Of a stretch of DNA of 64,000 bases, positions 1 through 13,952 are shown piece after piece. Source of the stretch: Octopus vulgaris (taxonomy: Eukaryota); NCBI GenBank assembly GCA_951406725.2, contig OX597820.1:111786001-111850000 (forward strand), given 5' to 3'. The notes under the pieces are model-generated. The model was not told where the DNA came from, ran no database searches, and was given only the letters and a program-made list of their open reading frames with translations. The position numbers were made by a program, and so were the translations under genes. Position 1 is the first letter of the stretch, and each line of letters begins with the position of its first letter.

Positions 1-535
1 AAGGCTGGGGTTTTAGGCTTAGAGTTACGGAAAAAAGTGAAAAATGAAGAAATTGAAGGGAGAGGGGGGCAAAAAAGTCTTTCCGAAAATAGTAGCTGAA
101 AAACAGGAAAAAAAAAAGACTAAAAGCAGTAGAAATGTACAAATGATTATGGTGGTGCCATGAAGTAAACATGCTTCAGATACACTCGTTTATTCAAACA
201 AATGTAACTGAGACGAAATATGTCATAAATAACAGTGACAAACGAAATATACACTGACGGAAGTTGTTGTTGACAAACAGCAGTAATTCTATTCAGCTGA
301 ATACGTCATTGATTGGTTGAAATTACCGAAACATGACAACTTTAACACGAAATAACTTTCAAAATAGAAAACGCTAAGAGTAAAAGATGTTTTATATGAC
401 ACATTCTACCAGTGTCCGAAGTTTGAAAGTGTTTAGTTACAAAAAATTAATTTCTCGATCTGCTGTTCAAAGGGAAAAGATCCTTTTTGGATTTTTTGGA
501 AAAGATTAAAAAAAAGTTATGAAAATGGAAAATAT

Positions 536-1088
536 ATACAAAAAAAATTAGAAAGATTCATCCATCTTTAGATATTTTATACTAAAAAATAAAACAAACG
601 GAAAACGGGCACTGGCGAATATAAACAAACATGTTGGCCGATACAAGGAGCGGGATTTACTTTTAACCAGTCAGCTATTATTAATGATACAACATCGTTT
701 GCAAATTCTTGATTGCTTTTAATCAGATTTTTTTTACTGTGCACTCTCGTTAGGGTTAGTTAATGGCTTTTTCTGTTATTTCCAAATCTCTTCCGAGACC
801 AAATAAAGTCATAGAATTAAAAAATTCCTCGTTCGGGCACAAAATTTGACATAATAGTATGTATTGGTTATAAACTGAATTTCAAGAAACAGATTGTGAA
901 ACGGTCTTACAATTCGCAGACGATATTGTCGGGCCCCGCGTATCATTAATACCTGACTGGTAAAAGTAAATTAACGCCACTTGTAATCGTCTGACATGTT
1001 TATATTCGCGATTGCCCGTTTTCCGTTTGTGTTGTTTTTTAGTATAAAATATTTAAAAATGGATGAATTTTTCTAATTTTTTTTGGTA
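536..1088. mobile_element. Fold-back/MITE-like element with ~150-bp imperfect terminal inverted repeats
   Basis: 541-690 is the reverse complement of 940-1085 (e.g. aaacggaaaacgggca / tgcccgttttccgttt). Confidence 0.65.
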
Positions 1089-1201
1089 CTACTTGAGAAC
1101 AGTGGTCCCGGTGTGCGCACTCGCGCCAGCTAGTCATGACTAGTCGATCCTTAATTTGTGTTTTATTTACTTTGCTAGGTAGTCGTTATAGGATCGACTA
1201 C
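1085..1201. mobile_element. Truncated copy of the 164-bp MITE at 3077
   Basis: Near-identical to 3077-3200; right TIR missing. Confidence 0.7.
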
Positions 1202-1311
1202 TTACGACTAGCTTACGAATTACAAATATTATAAAATCGTTCCAATCGAATAAATCTTGATATTACGTGAGTTACAAATTATTTCAAGAAAAGGCGGAAA
1301 ATACTACTTAC

Positions 1312-1384
1312 CAGACACTCTTTCACCTTCAACACTAGGCGACCTAAAGAGTTGTTTTCTTAATTCAAGAGGTACATTAGACAT
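1312..1384 (-). CDS. Probable first coding exon of an unidentified divergent gene (MSNVPLELRKQLFRSPSVEGERVS)
   Basis: ATG at 1384, 24 open codons + 1 nt, then consensus donor G|GTAAGT at 1311; lies in the CpG-rich eIF3L promoter region. Confidence 0.55.
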
Positions 1385-1651
1385 GTCGAAGTTATTTACT
1401 TAAATAACATTTTAAAAAAGTGAGGACAGACAACAACATCAAGCGGATCTACACGAGATTAGCCCGCTGAAATCGTATAACGGAATACAAGAATGGAAGA
1501 ATACACTTTCGGAATTATTCCGCTGTAATCGTATAACAGAATAGAAGAATGCACTTTCGGAATTAGATATTAAAGGAATAGTCCATTCTTTAATTAGGTT
1601 GAGCCTCGTTTTGAAAACCTCTTTTCATTGAGAAAATCTCCGTTCGCCTTC
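1385..1651. promoter_or_regulatory. Putative bidirectional promoter / 5' UTR region
   Basis: 267 bp between divergent ATGs; CpG retained unlike the CpG-poor gene body; contains a ~50-bp direct duplication (1464-1516 / 1519-1565). Confidence 0.5.
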
Positions 1652-1699
1652 ATGAAAATGCAGTGGAGTGATTCGAATTACGACGGCCATGAACCTTCG
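1652..1699 (+). CDS. EIF3L: eIF3L exon 1 ([16 protein letters not shown])
   Basis: ATG in CpG-rich region; donor GTATAT at 1700; phase 0 fits exon 2. The in-frame ATG at 1658 is an alternative start. Confidence 0.7.
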
Positions 1700-2961
1700 G
1701 TATATGTTTATTAATATTTTATCTTACGAAATTCTTCTTCAATTATCTTTTTTTCTTTTTATTCTGAAAATACTGTAATCCTCATGATATCCGTCCCGTT
1801 TCTCTTGCCGCCACATGGTTTACAGTGTGTCCTTCAACATGGTGGAACTTCCTTTCAGATTTACCGCAAATTGTCAGGAATTCACTTTTAATAACGCAAT
1901 AATTTCTCACCAATTGTTTTATATGAAACTTCTCCCGCTTATATAGGAATATAGTTAAATTATTTCGCTTCACTAAGCTTTAATTTCCTGTAGCCGTAAA
2001 ACGAACGAAGAAAAAATTTTACCGGCATATGTCGGGCATCTGCTTCTTTTCATTGAGTAAAGAAGGCCTTACATTTTTAGATAATGAAGGAAACAGTCAT
2101 ATCCTTCTCGGGTATATAAGAGAAGTGAAATGGCTTCTTTTTTTTTTTTTTTGAAGGAAAAAGAAATACATGATATTGTCGGTTTATATAACGAACATTT
2201 CAATATTGCATAAGAATTCTATGTAAATTGTTTAGTTCCAGATCATCCCTTATTAAAGATATAGTTCAATAAATTCTTCCTTTTTTACTTTGTTATCGCA
2301 TCTTAATACGATGTGAATAGTTTTGTGACCATAATGCCCATGAGGAATTTCCAGGCATTTTGTAAAATCGAGTATTTTCATTTATCGTAGATCATGCTAC
2401 TGTTTAGAATATATCAACAAAAGATTATGTGGTGGAAGATATTTGTATGGATATGAATACTTAAAGAGAAAGCGATGTAGTATAAAAACTGTAATACTAA
2501 GTATAGCAAGTATTCAGTTTGGCAGTCTATGATCTATATTAAAACGATGACTTTTCCCCATGTGATTGGGAAGCAATGGAAAGACTTCCACCTGGGGGGG
2601 GGGGCAAAAAGAAGTCTTGCCAGAAGCAATATATGTTCTGAGTTCAAATCTTGCCTTGACCAACTTATCCCCCCTCCCCAGTCGATATGAACCCCAGTTA
2701 AGTACTGGTGAAACCGTTGTGTGTGTGTGTGTGTATATATATGCTCTTCTACTTGTTTCAGTCATTTGACTGTGGCCTTGCTGGAGCACCGCCTTTAATC
2801 GAGCACATCGCCCCCAGGATTTATTCTTTGTAAGCCTAGTACTCGGTCTCTTTTGCCGAACTGCTAAGTTACGGGGACATAAACACCAGCATCGGTTGTC
2901 AAGCGATGTTGGAGGTGGGGCAAACACAGACACACAAACATATACACACACACACGCACAC

Positions 2962-3005
<44 letters not shown>

Positions 3006-6000
3006 TATATACGACGGGCTTCTCTCAGTTTCTGTCTCCCAAATCCACTCACAAGGCTTTGGTCGGCCCAAGGCTAGGTACTACTTGAGAACAGTGGTCC
3101 CGGTGCACGTACTCGCTCATCCGCGCAGCTAGTCATGACTAGTCGATCCTTATTTTGTGTTTTATTTACTTTGCTAGGTAGTCGTTGTAGGATCGACTAC
3201 GCGTGTGCGCGCACCGGGACCACTGTTCGCTAGTAGTACCCAAGGTGCCAGTGTATGTATACATAAGTGTGTGTATAGACAGTTGCATACAGAAGTGCCG
3301 ATCACTTGAAATGAATGGAACTTGTGGAAGACATGGGATGAAGTATTGAAGGTCTATCTCAAAACACTGAACCTTAGAAAGCACCGAGATATTTGGCGCC
3401 TTGATGTACTCAAGAAGACCTGTCTGCCACAGCAGAATTGATACCAGTGCTGGTGCCACATAAAAAGAACCCAGTACACTGTGGAGTGGTTGGCATTTGG
3501 AAGGGCATACAACCGTAGAAACCATGCCAGAACAGACAATGGAGCCTGGTGCATCCCCTGGCCTTACCAGCTCCAGTCACACCATCCCACCCATGTTTGT
3601 AGGTGTGGAATAAGTATCATGTCAAATTTATGTATATAATTGTTAAACTAATCTGTTATTCTATTTTACAGGATAGTTATGGTGGGTACTCAGATTATGA
3701 AGGTCATTCAGGTAAGGAAGTTTACCTACACTTCATTTAGCTGTTGAATATCTTCATTTTTTTTTTATCCAACTCAAATTTTAGCAGTTTTGTGCTTCAT
3801 TAAAGTACTGTTCCAATTTTACCATGATATATACCAGGTGCAGGTATGGCTGCATGGTTAAGAACCTTGCTTCTCAACCATGTGGTTTTGCATTCAGTCC
3901 CACTGCATAGCACCTTGGGTAAGTGTCTTCTGCAATAGCCTAGGGAAAACCATATCTGTTTATATATACACGCTTACGTGTGTATGTAGCCCTGTCTTCA
4001 TACCATGTGGTGATTGTAGATCACCATCATACAAGCATTGTTGTTTGTTTCCTGTTTTCCATGGGGGAAATATTGCTTTCTTCTGAAACTGATGATTGGC
4101 CACAAGTAGAGCGTTCAGCCATAGAGAATCTACTTTAACAAATTCCACCTGGCTCGTGCCAGCATAGAAAAGTGTATGTTGAAAGGATGGTGATACATGT
4201 ATGCAGTTATGGCTAAGTAATTAAGAAGTTCTGTTTGCAACCATGAGGTCTCACGTTCAGTCTTGCACATGTCTTTATCATAGTCTCAGATCAACCAAAG
4301 CCTTCTGGATGAATTTGGGTGGACAGAAACTGTAGAAGACTGTCAGATTGTCCTTGTAATTCAAAGGTTCAGTCCACTTATATTTCTATCCTTCTAATTC
4401 TAGTTGAAAAATGTTATTGTGGGTTCATGTGCCTGTGGAATACTTGGTCACTTTGTGTGCTAGTTTAATTAGCAGGTTGTTCATTATTGAGGGAGGTGGC
4501 TTTATGCAAGATGCTGAGAAGTTAAGATATGATACAGGAACCTGAACAGGTGTCTTGCTGTGGAGGAAATAATTGGAAAAAATGGAGATGATGTCTGTAT
4601 GTGTGTTGGTGGAGCCTTCAATTTTTGGCAGACTCATAAGGGTACTGTTGTGAAGTATGACATGCTTTAGACACTTAACACATAAAGTGTGATGGGCCAT
4701 GATAATGGCCATCAGGCACAGGTCGACAGGCCACGATCATGGCCTAAATAGATGCATTTAATTTATGGGCTTTTGTCAAGGTCTAATGTCATTCAAATGC
4801 TCCGATACCCCCCAGAATGCAAGAGGATTAATAGTTCAACTAATGACTTTTCAGATGATGTAAAACTTGCTACCATTATATACTAAGAAGATATTTTAAC
4901 TATTTTATATTTTTTGTGTTTGCATGGTAGTCTCATTTTCATAAAATGTGCTCTGCAGTCCGTGCTGTGTAAGTGCAAATCCCAGCACTTTATGGGTTAA
5001 GCTTGGTTGAGTCCTTCTAGAGAAAAAGAGAGAAGAAGAAACTCCAGTATTAAATTGGTATTTATATTTTGAATTCAGAACACAACTGGTGTGATCACCA
5101 CAAAAGTTTCTTACAACTCTGCCAAGAGATGTATGTATGTTCTGGGTCCATCATTGTCTAGAGCAGTCATGAGCATACTGTGGCCAGCTAGACTTTCTGA
5201 ATGGCATGTTAACAAAAAAATTCCCTTGAGTTTTTCTTTTAGTAGTGCAGCTCACCTGAATGTAAGCCATGTTTCATATGGCCTACTTCTTGTAAAAAAT
5301 TGTCTATACCTGATCTAGATGGTTAAGATTACCTTGATATTGTGGGGTTATTCTCTTCCCTTACTCCACTTGCTTTTTCTTCTCTCATTGCTCTCCCATT
5401 ATACACTCTCTTTATTGCAATGCTTTGAGCAAATGGACATTGAGGAGAGATAATGTAAGGTCAAGAGACCATTTACTCTTGTTGAGGACATGACAACTTT
5501 TCTAATACTGGTGCCATGATAAAATGCATTCAGTAGGCTCTGTGGTTGGCATTAGGAAGAGCATCCAACCCCAGAAATCTAGACAAAAATTAAACCTAGA
5601 GGTGAGACTGGGTCTTCTGCTTCACTTAGGTGGACAGTAGATTTGAATAAGAACCAAGTCAGACTGTGACAATTTGTCCAACCCATACCAGCATGGAATT
5701 ACTCTTTAATAGCTTGGTTGTGCAAGATTTGTGTTCATACTAGGAATGCTGGCATCTCAAACACCGTGAGTGAAAGAATCAGAGGAAGAGGTGGGGAAGT
5801 GAATGATTAATTAATATTTTTCTTTTTAAAGTTAGTATTCATTTCATCATTTTGTATAAGCACCAAGACATTTAATAAAAGTTGAATTATTATTATTATT
5901 GTATGGCGGGCCATATTTCCTGATATTACCATGACAGCAAAAGTAGACTTCCAAAGTTACCCATCATACAACCCTGAAACTTTTGCAGGGAGAGGATTAG

Positions 6001-9000
6001 TTGATTAGATTGATCCCAGTGCTTGACTGGTACTTATTTTATCAACCCTGAAAGGATGAAAGGCAAAGTCGACCATTGTGGAATTTGAACTCAGAAAGTA
6101 AGGACGGACAAAATGCCACTAAGCATTTTTCCTTGTGTGGTAATGATTTTGATGCTCACTGCCTTTTACACTAGTATAAAATAATAACCATTACTGTGAT
6201 AGATTGATTGATGTATGTGTGGAAATTTTTAATGGAATTAAGCTCAAACAATGAGAAGAAAATCCAGATGATGTGAACATCAGAGTTATAGAATCTGTGT
6301 GTTGAGGGTGTTGTGTTTTGAAGAAATTTGGGTACCCAACCAAGTATTAGTATCATATGGGTTTTGTTCTTAATCTTTAATGCACACATTCTAACATTCA
6401 TTTTTTATGGTATTAATACTGTCAATAGATGGTGTTTTGATTAATTTTAAAGTTATGTTTATCATGTAAAGGAGTAAAATTTTCTCTCTATTCATATATA
6501 GCTTATCATAATAAATAGAAATAATTCATATTCAATCATCAATATTTTTTCATCTTTAAACCACTGTGTACATAAATTAGCATTGCACATATAATGTTTT
6601 TTTTTTGTATTTTTTCCTAGGTGAGGTTTACCAGGATCAAGACTATTCTGAAAGTCATCATCAATACAGCCAGCCAGACTATATTATTCCTGCAAACCTA
6701 AAGGACTTCCTGATCTATTTTCATAAAGTTATCACTGATCAAGATCTATATGAGATTCAAAATGCCTATGAAAATGGGTAAGTATTACAGTTACTATTTT
6801 AAAAAAAACTGCTCAAACGATGGACATCTTCAAGGTAGTTGCAACTTAGGGTAGCTGTGTTTGTCCAATCTAGTTTGGTTCAAGTTTTTTGATCTTTTAC
6901 TCAGTTCACACCACACTGGTGATTACTGTACATACATATCATGAGATTCAGCTATGAACAACAACAGCATTCTCCCATACACGTGGTGTCTCCTACACAC
7001 TCAATTTCATTTCTACTACTGATTTATAATTATATTCAACTTATAATAAAGCAATATCTACATCCCATTGCTCAAGCTGACTGTGACTGAAATAGTTAAT
7101 GTAGGTTGTTGCATTCAGAAATAAAACTAGGAGTAGCTGGCAAAATCTGGAAACCTTTTTTCAGCAGTAATCTCTGGTGTTCCAAAACTAGATATACTGA
7201 GAAATTTTTGAGACAAAAATGGGTGTATGTCAACACATCTCCCCATATAAATATGGTGTACCCCTTAATCACCATATAGTATATTTGCTACAGAGAAATA
7301 ATTATATATGTATTGTCATCATCATTTAATATCCTTTTTTCCATGGGCTGGACAACTTAACCCTTTCGATACTAACCTGGCCGTAGCCGTCTGAAATATT
7401 TTTTGGTTCATAAGACCAACCTGGCCGTAGCTGGCTGAGAGTACCCATTGTTATTTAAATGTGAATTTAAGCACAAATCTCTTTTGTGAAAATACGTGAT
7501 TTCACTTTGTAAATAGTTGGCTTATAGTATCCGACATTGCTTGACATGATATCTGAACTCTGTGAATTTTGGGAGATTTTTTTTCCACATTTTTTCGGCA
7601 TTGATTTTTCTTCAACTTTGAAAATGGATAGGAGTTTCATGTTATCAAGCATTGATTCCGAATTTAAAACTTTTTCAATGGAAAATATGGAGATATTGAG
7701 AGAAGGAATGAATGAGGTACAATAATGAACAGGATATTTCTGTATCCGAAAATGAAACAAAGCGGCAATAGTGGCAGCAAAGACGATTTTACATTGGAAT
7801 GAAGTAAAAACTTTAAAATGTTTTTATTAGAAATTTTTCTGAGGAGATTAGAGTTTATCTATAGTCTTTCTTAGGAAGCGAAACCATTAGACTTTTATTT
7901 TTTTCAGTATGCTTGTTTGAAATGATTACTGCAGAAAGAAACTGTTACGCAGAATGTAAACAAATACAAAATGGGGGATTAAAGTTTGGAAAATTTGTGA
8001 AGCAAATACTGGGTACTGCTATGGATTTAGTTTTTATAGAGGGAAAATAATGTTAGTCAACATGGCCTAGGGTACAATGTGGTCTGGAATTTATCACTTC
8101 CAAACCATAACCAGGGCCATATATTATTTTTTGACCGATTTCTTTAAGGTAGATTCCAGTATTTCAGTTTATTTCACCTTGGTGGTACACCTGTTCTGTT
8201 GTGCATTAAATTCAACTGATGATCTAGTGATGTGCACAATTCTTCTATATCCAAATTTTGTTGCATACCCAATTGAATATTAGCTGATGATCATTTTCTA
8301 TGGTGATATTTAAACAAAATTTTAATCTTTTTACCTGGATTTACCTGTAATTAAAGTCACTTTGAGACAAAAGTTACACAATAAAATTGATTAAGAACCC
8401 TTTCTTTAATTATGTTCCAAATATCACATTAATATGTTGATAAGTAAAAAAAAGTTAGTTGTTTAATGAAACTAGTCTAAATTCATGATTATTTTAGAAT
8501 TTAATTGAAATTCATGAGGGTTGTATTTTGATCAGAAATATAGTAACGAAAGGGTTAACAAGAACAGATGAGCCAGAAAGCTACATCAGGTTCTGTTTTT
8601 GCATGGTTTATATATATATGTTAATCTTTGGTGAAAGCTAACTTTCTGTAAATTTGAATTCTTTAACCCTTTCGTTACTATATTTCTGACCAAAATACAC
8701 CCCTTATGTGTTTCAATTAATTTCTAACGTAATCATAAATTTAGTCTGGTTTCATTAAACAACTATAACCTTTTTATTTATCAATATATTAACGTGAATT
8801 TTGAAAGATAATTTAATGAAATGTTCTCAACCAATTCTATACTATAATTTTTGTTACAAAGTGACTCTAATTGCAGGTAGATACAGGTAAATTCAACAAA
8901 ATATAAAATTATTAAAATTTTGTTCAAACATCGCTACAGAAAATGGGTTATTAGCTAATATTCAGTTGGGTATACAACAAAATTTTACTATAGAATTTGT

Positions 9001-12000
9001 TATTCTGGGTAACTTTCTGATACCCATAATAATATTTATGGCAAAATAATCCTTAATTTCATTTAAGGTTGTGGGAAACCACAAAGTATCCTTTCTTTTG
9101 TTTTGTTTACATTTAGCGTAACGGTTTGTTTCCGCCGTAATGATTTCAAATAGGCTCATTTGAAAAAGTAAAAAGAAATAGTCTAAGGCTTTACTCTTCT
9201 GGGAAAGTCTGTGGTTTGGTCCACTGAAAGAAACAGTTTTTAAATTTTCACTCCATTCGGGTGCCAATTCATTTTCTTTATCGCTGTCGGAGCTCTCGAA
9301 TTCACTGTTTTCACTTTCGGAAAATGAAACATCAGATTCATTATCAAATACCATGTGCTTTTCTTTTTTCAGTCATAGAGTTAGATTTATGAAGGTCTTC
9401 AGTAGAAAATCCTTCGAATTCTGACTCGCTGCTTGATATAATGAAATTCGTATCCATTTTTTGTCAGAATTACAAATTTTGAAAACACAAGAGGAACAAA
9501 TTTCGGAAAAAAATCTCCCATAATTCACGGAATTAAAATTACACTTCGATTTTTGTACAAAACTGTAGTTGAACTGTTTACGAAGTATAATACGTGTTTT
9601 TACGAATGTACTAAAGAGATTTGCTCTGATATTCTCATTTAAATATGAATAGGTAAATTTGGGCGGTTTGGTCACATTAACCAAAATTTTTTTTGGGCGG
9701 TTTGGTATCGAAAGGGTTAATTGATGTTTCTTTCTGACTCCTGAGGAATAAATAAGAAAATCAACCTTGATATATTACAATAAAAATGCATTTGCATTAA
9801 ATTATATTCTAGGATAATTTATTTTTCAAAAATAAAAATATGCTTCGTTATTAAAAAATAAAATTTCTTTACTGTCATCATCATGATCATTTAACATCCA
9901 TTGTCCATGCTGGCATGAGTTGGACAGTTTGATTGTGCTGGCATGCTGGAAGGCTGTGCCAGGATCTAGTCTGATTTGGCATGGTTTTCTATGGCTCGGT
10001 GCCATTTGCATGCCACCAGTATCTGCTACGACTGTGATTTTGCTCGGTTTGATGGATCTTCTCAAGCACAACATAATGCCAAAGGTCTTGACTGTTGCCT
10101 CCATGAGGCCCAGTACTCGAAAGGAACTCAGCCACTTTGCCTCCATCAGGCCTGGCATTCAAAAGGTTGATTTTATTTTTCTTTACATGACACCAGCACA
10201 GGTGCACTTGGTTTGACGGGTTCTCTTCAGTAGAGCACATCACCAAAGGTCTCTGTCACTAGTCATTGCCTCTGTGAGGTTTGAAGGTCATGCTTCACCA
10301 CCTCATCTCATGTCTTCCTGGGTCTGCCTCTACCACAGGCCCCTTTCGCAGTTAAAGATCGGCATTTCCTTATGCAACTGTCCTTGTCCATACACATCAC
10401 ATGACTATACCAAGATAGTTGTCTCACTTGCACATATCTGATTCCTTTTATGCCTAACTTTTCACAAGATGTTTGCACTTTGTTGAACATGTTCACTGAC
10501 ATTGCACATCCATACTGGCTTCATTTCTCTCAAGCCTACACATGTCCTTGGCTGTCATAGTCCAATTTTCGCTGCCATGCAACATAGCTGTTCACACATA
10601 GACATCAAACAATCTACCTTCCACTCTGAGAGAGAGGCCCTTTGTTGTCAGCGAGGGTAGGAGCTCTCTGAACTTTGTCCAGCCTAATCTTATTCTCACA
10701 GCTACGCTCTCAGAACAACCACCTCCACTACTAACCTGGTCGCCTAGATACCAGAAGCTATCTACTAACCTCTACCTTGCTCCCCTGGCAGTTGATGGAT
10801 ATCTATTTTCCACACTTGTTCAGCATTTATTATGCCTGTGCACCTTCTGCGTATAAAAGTTAGTTTCTCTGTTGATCTTCCTTTGATGTTGCTGCACCTT
10901 TTGTGTGTCTAAAGCTTACACTAGGTGCATCTTATGAAGTTTCTACCTACACCTTTTCTACAGATTAAGCAGGGCCATCTACCTGAGGGAGAGGGAGATC
11001 CATCTGTCAGTTAAAGAGCTACTTTTAATTGACTATATGATGCAATTTCCCAGTGGAACAGTAAAGTTAACTGAAGCAAGAAACTAGTTATTACAATACT
11101 TATGCTGTTTTCCTAAGGACTAGAAGTAGGTGTGTCCATAGAACTTTTCCACACCAAGATCATATGTGTGTGGTTCAAACAGACTATTTTATTTTACAGA
11201 TTCAATAAGTTGACTGACCGTTACTTCCGGAACACTCCCTGGCCAGAAACTGCAGCGGTGTCTAATATTGTGAATGGTAAGTGAAAATGCCTTGATTTTT
11301 ACCTTGATTAACCCTTGGTCTACCAGAGAAAATGTATGTCACTAATTACCAACTGGGTCCAATGGACCCAATATTTTTCTTTTAATTAAATTTTATTCAA
11401 ACTACCACTATTTCTTAGCTACATTATATATGTTATCAGGTGAATGAAGAATTATTGTTTCTCATAATTTTTAATTAAAAAAATACAACTCACAGAACAT
11501 AGTATAAATTTTAAAAATTACAAAAATACACAATCACAGCTCATCATGGCAGTGAATGCAGACAACATTGGAATGTTCTTGGCAAACATGGATATTATAA
11601 TTCTTACATCTAGTACAAGTTTTCCCGTCTTTTTTTTTGGACCACACAAAGAACACCTTCCTTTTTTCTTTGGCTTAGGAATCTCAAATGAAGTTGAAAA
11701 TAGTCTTCTTTTCTTGTTTGGTTGAGAAATGTTAGCGGAACAAGAAGATTGTTTGTCACGTTCTTGTTTAGCATATATCCAGCAAGTTCCTTTCCTAAAT
11801 GAATTTGGCACTGTCTTCTTTTATCCTTGAAACTTAGCAACAATGAAAGTATTCACTGCACTTATATCAATCACTTTGTAGAATATAACCATAGGCCATC
11901 TTCGAGTCATTCTTTTGCAAGTGTATGTCCCTGCCATCTTGTTTAGAGTATCTACTCCTCCTTTTGTTTTGTTGTAACATGTTATAACTTCAGGTTTCTT

Positions 12001-13902
12001 TCCAGCACTTTTTGAATCATTTGGAGGCTGAGAGTGCATTGTACTCATAAGCGTGACTACATAATTTTTCTTGGGACAAAAAGATAGGATCGTAGAATCC
12101 TTTTGAAATCCAAATATTGTGCTGTTAATTTCTCTTTCTTTTTTATTTGCGAAAGCACTTGAAAGTTCAACTCTCTTCTTTCTAATTGTTCCAACTAAAG
12201 TAATTTTCTTGCTAAGCAGCTTTCGAGCTAATCCCAAACTTATTAAAAAAAATTATCACAAGTTATATTCACCTGACTGGCTTCCATACCGGTGGCATGT
12301 AAAAAGCACCCACTACACTCTTGGAGTGGTTGGCATTAGGAAGGGCATCCAGCTGTAGAAATATTGCCAGATCAGATTGGAGCCTCCTGGCCTGTCAGTC
12401 CCCAGTTAAACCATCCAACCCATGCCAGCATGGAAAATGGATGTTAAACAATGATGATGATGACATTGCAACCAGTATTTTCAAGTTCTTTTAATAGGTC
12501 TTCAACAACTCTTGAACCTTGATTTGTCTCTCTCCCTTTTACTGGGACTTTTCCAGTGTAGATTTGCATTTACCGGGCATAAGATGCTTCACTGTCGCAT
12601 ATTGCCCAAATTTTAACTTCATATTTGCCTGGTTTTGAGGGAATATATACCTGGAATAGGCTGCGCCCTCTGAATGAAACTAATTGTTCATCCACTGTCA
12701 TGCATGAACTTAGAACATATCCATCTTGCAAATTCTGATTCCACATTTCAAGTACTTCTATTCTGGGCTCCAATTTATCATCACTTCTCATTTTTTTCTT
12801 GCATTAGTGTCATTAAAAATGCAATATTTGTAAAAACTGTTGAAATCTTCCCTGGCTCATAATTTTGTTGAATATTGGGCGGCCATCTTCATGACTCCAT
12901 AACTGTGTGACATTTTTCATATATTTATACTTTCCTGAAAGATGATGCAATATATTGTAAGAATTGCATCATCATAGAAATATTGCACCACCCTATAACC
13001 TAGCAGATTGAAGGTGATGCAATACCATACAAATTTATAGTAAAATTTTCATAATTTCATAATTTCTCCTGTTTTATCTAAAATCCAGCAAATAAATTGA
13101 ATACAATTTTATATCTGATAAATATCTAGGAAGATAATATTTGATACTGCTTTTATTCTGTTTAGACTGACAAAAGTATTGTCTGAATTTAATTCAGGGG
13201 TCCAATGGATCCATATAGTAATTAATGTATAAAGGGAAATTCTCTAGCTTTCATAAACATATGGAAAATTTCCTATTTGATACATAAAAGAGAGTCAAGA
13301 AAAAATAAGCAACTGAAAAAACTGAAATGGGTCCATTGGACCCATTGATTGACAAAAGGTTAATGCAAATTGTATATGTTTAATGAAATTGGAAATATGT
13401 GTATATGTTTTCACACAGCATATTTATTTATTTACAGATGAACTATTTCTTACCTTGTACAGAGAGCTCTACTATCGTCATTTGTATGCCAGAGTTCCAG
13501 TAAGTACAAACACAGTTTTATTGTTTGAATAAATGACTGAAACATTCCAAATTACTTTGTTGTTCAACTGTTGTATTCTCTTTTAGAACATTTGATTAAT
13601 TTATTGGAGAAACGAAATAGTAACAGTTAACTGAATTTTTAGTCACATTGCTAGCCATTTTCAGAAGTGAATCCATTAACTCTTGCCTTCTGAGAAATAA
13701 CAAATAACTAGAATTCATTGAAGCTTGTGGTCATCTGTGTTGACAAAAAAAGTTTGAGATGTGAACTAGAGCTCACATCTCAAACTTTTTCTAGCAGAGC
13801 CTTTCAACCTTACACAAACATAATATTACTATAACTTAAGACAAAAAAAATTTACAAATTTTGATGTTGATCAGTGTGTATATAACTGTTGATGATAAAA
13901 AA

Positions 13903-13952
<50 letters not shown>

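Noticed and set aside
2514-3132. 185-aa and overlapping ORFs in intron 1
   Set aside because: Run through SINEs and microsatellites; no recognisable domain.
8962-12791. Domesticated piggyBac (PGBD-like) exon fused to eIF3L
   Set aside because: Transposase remnants are antisense to eIF3L and fragmented.
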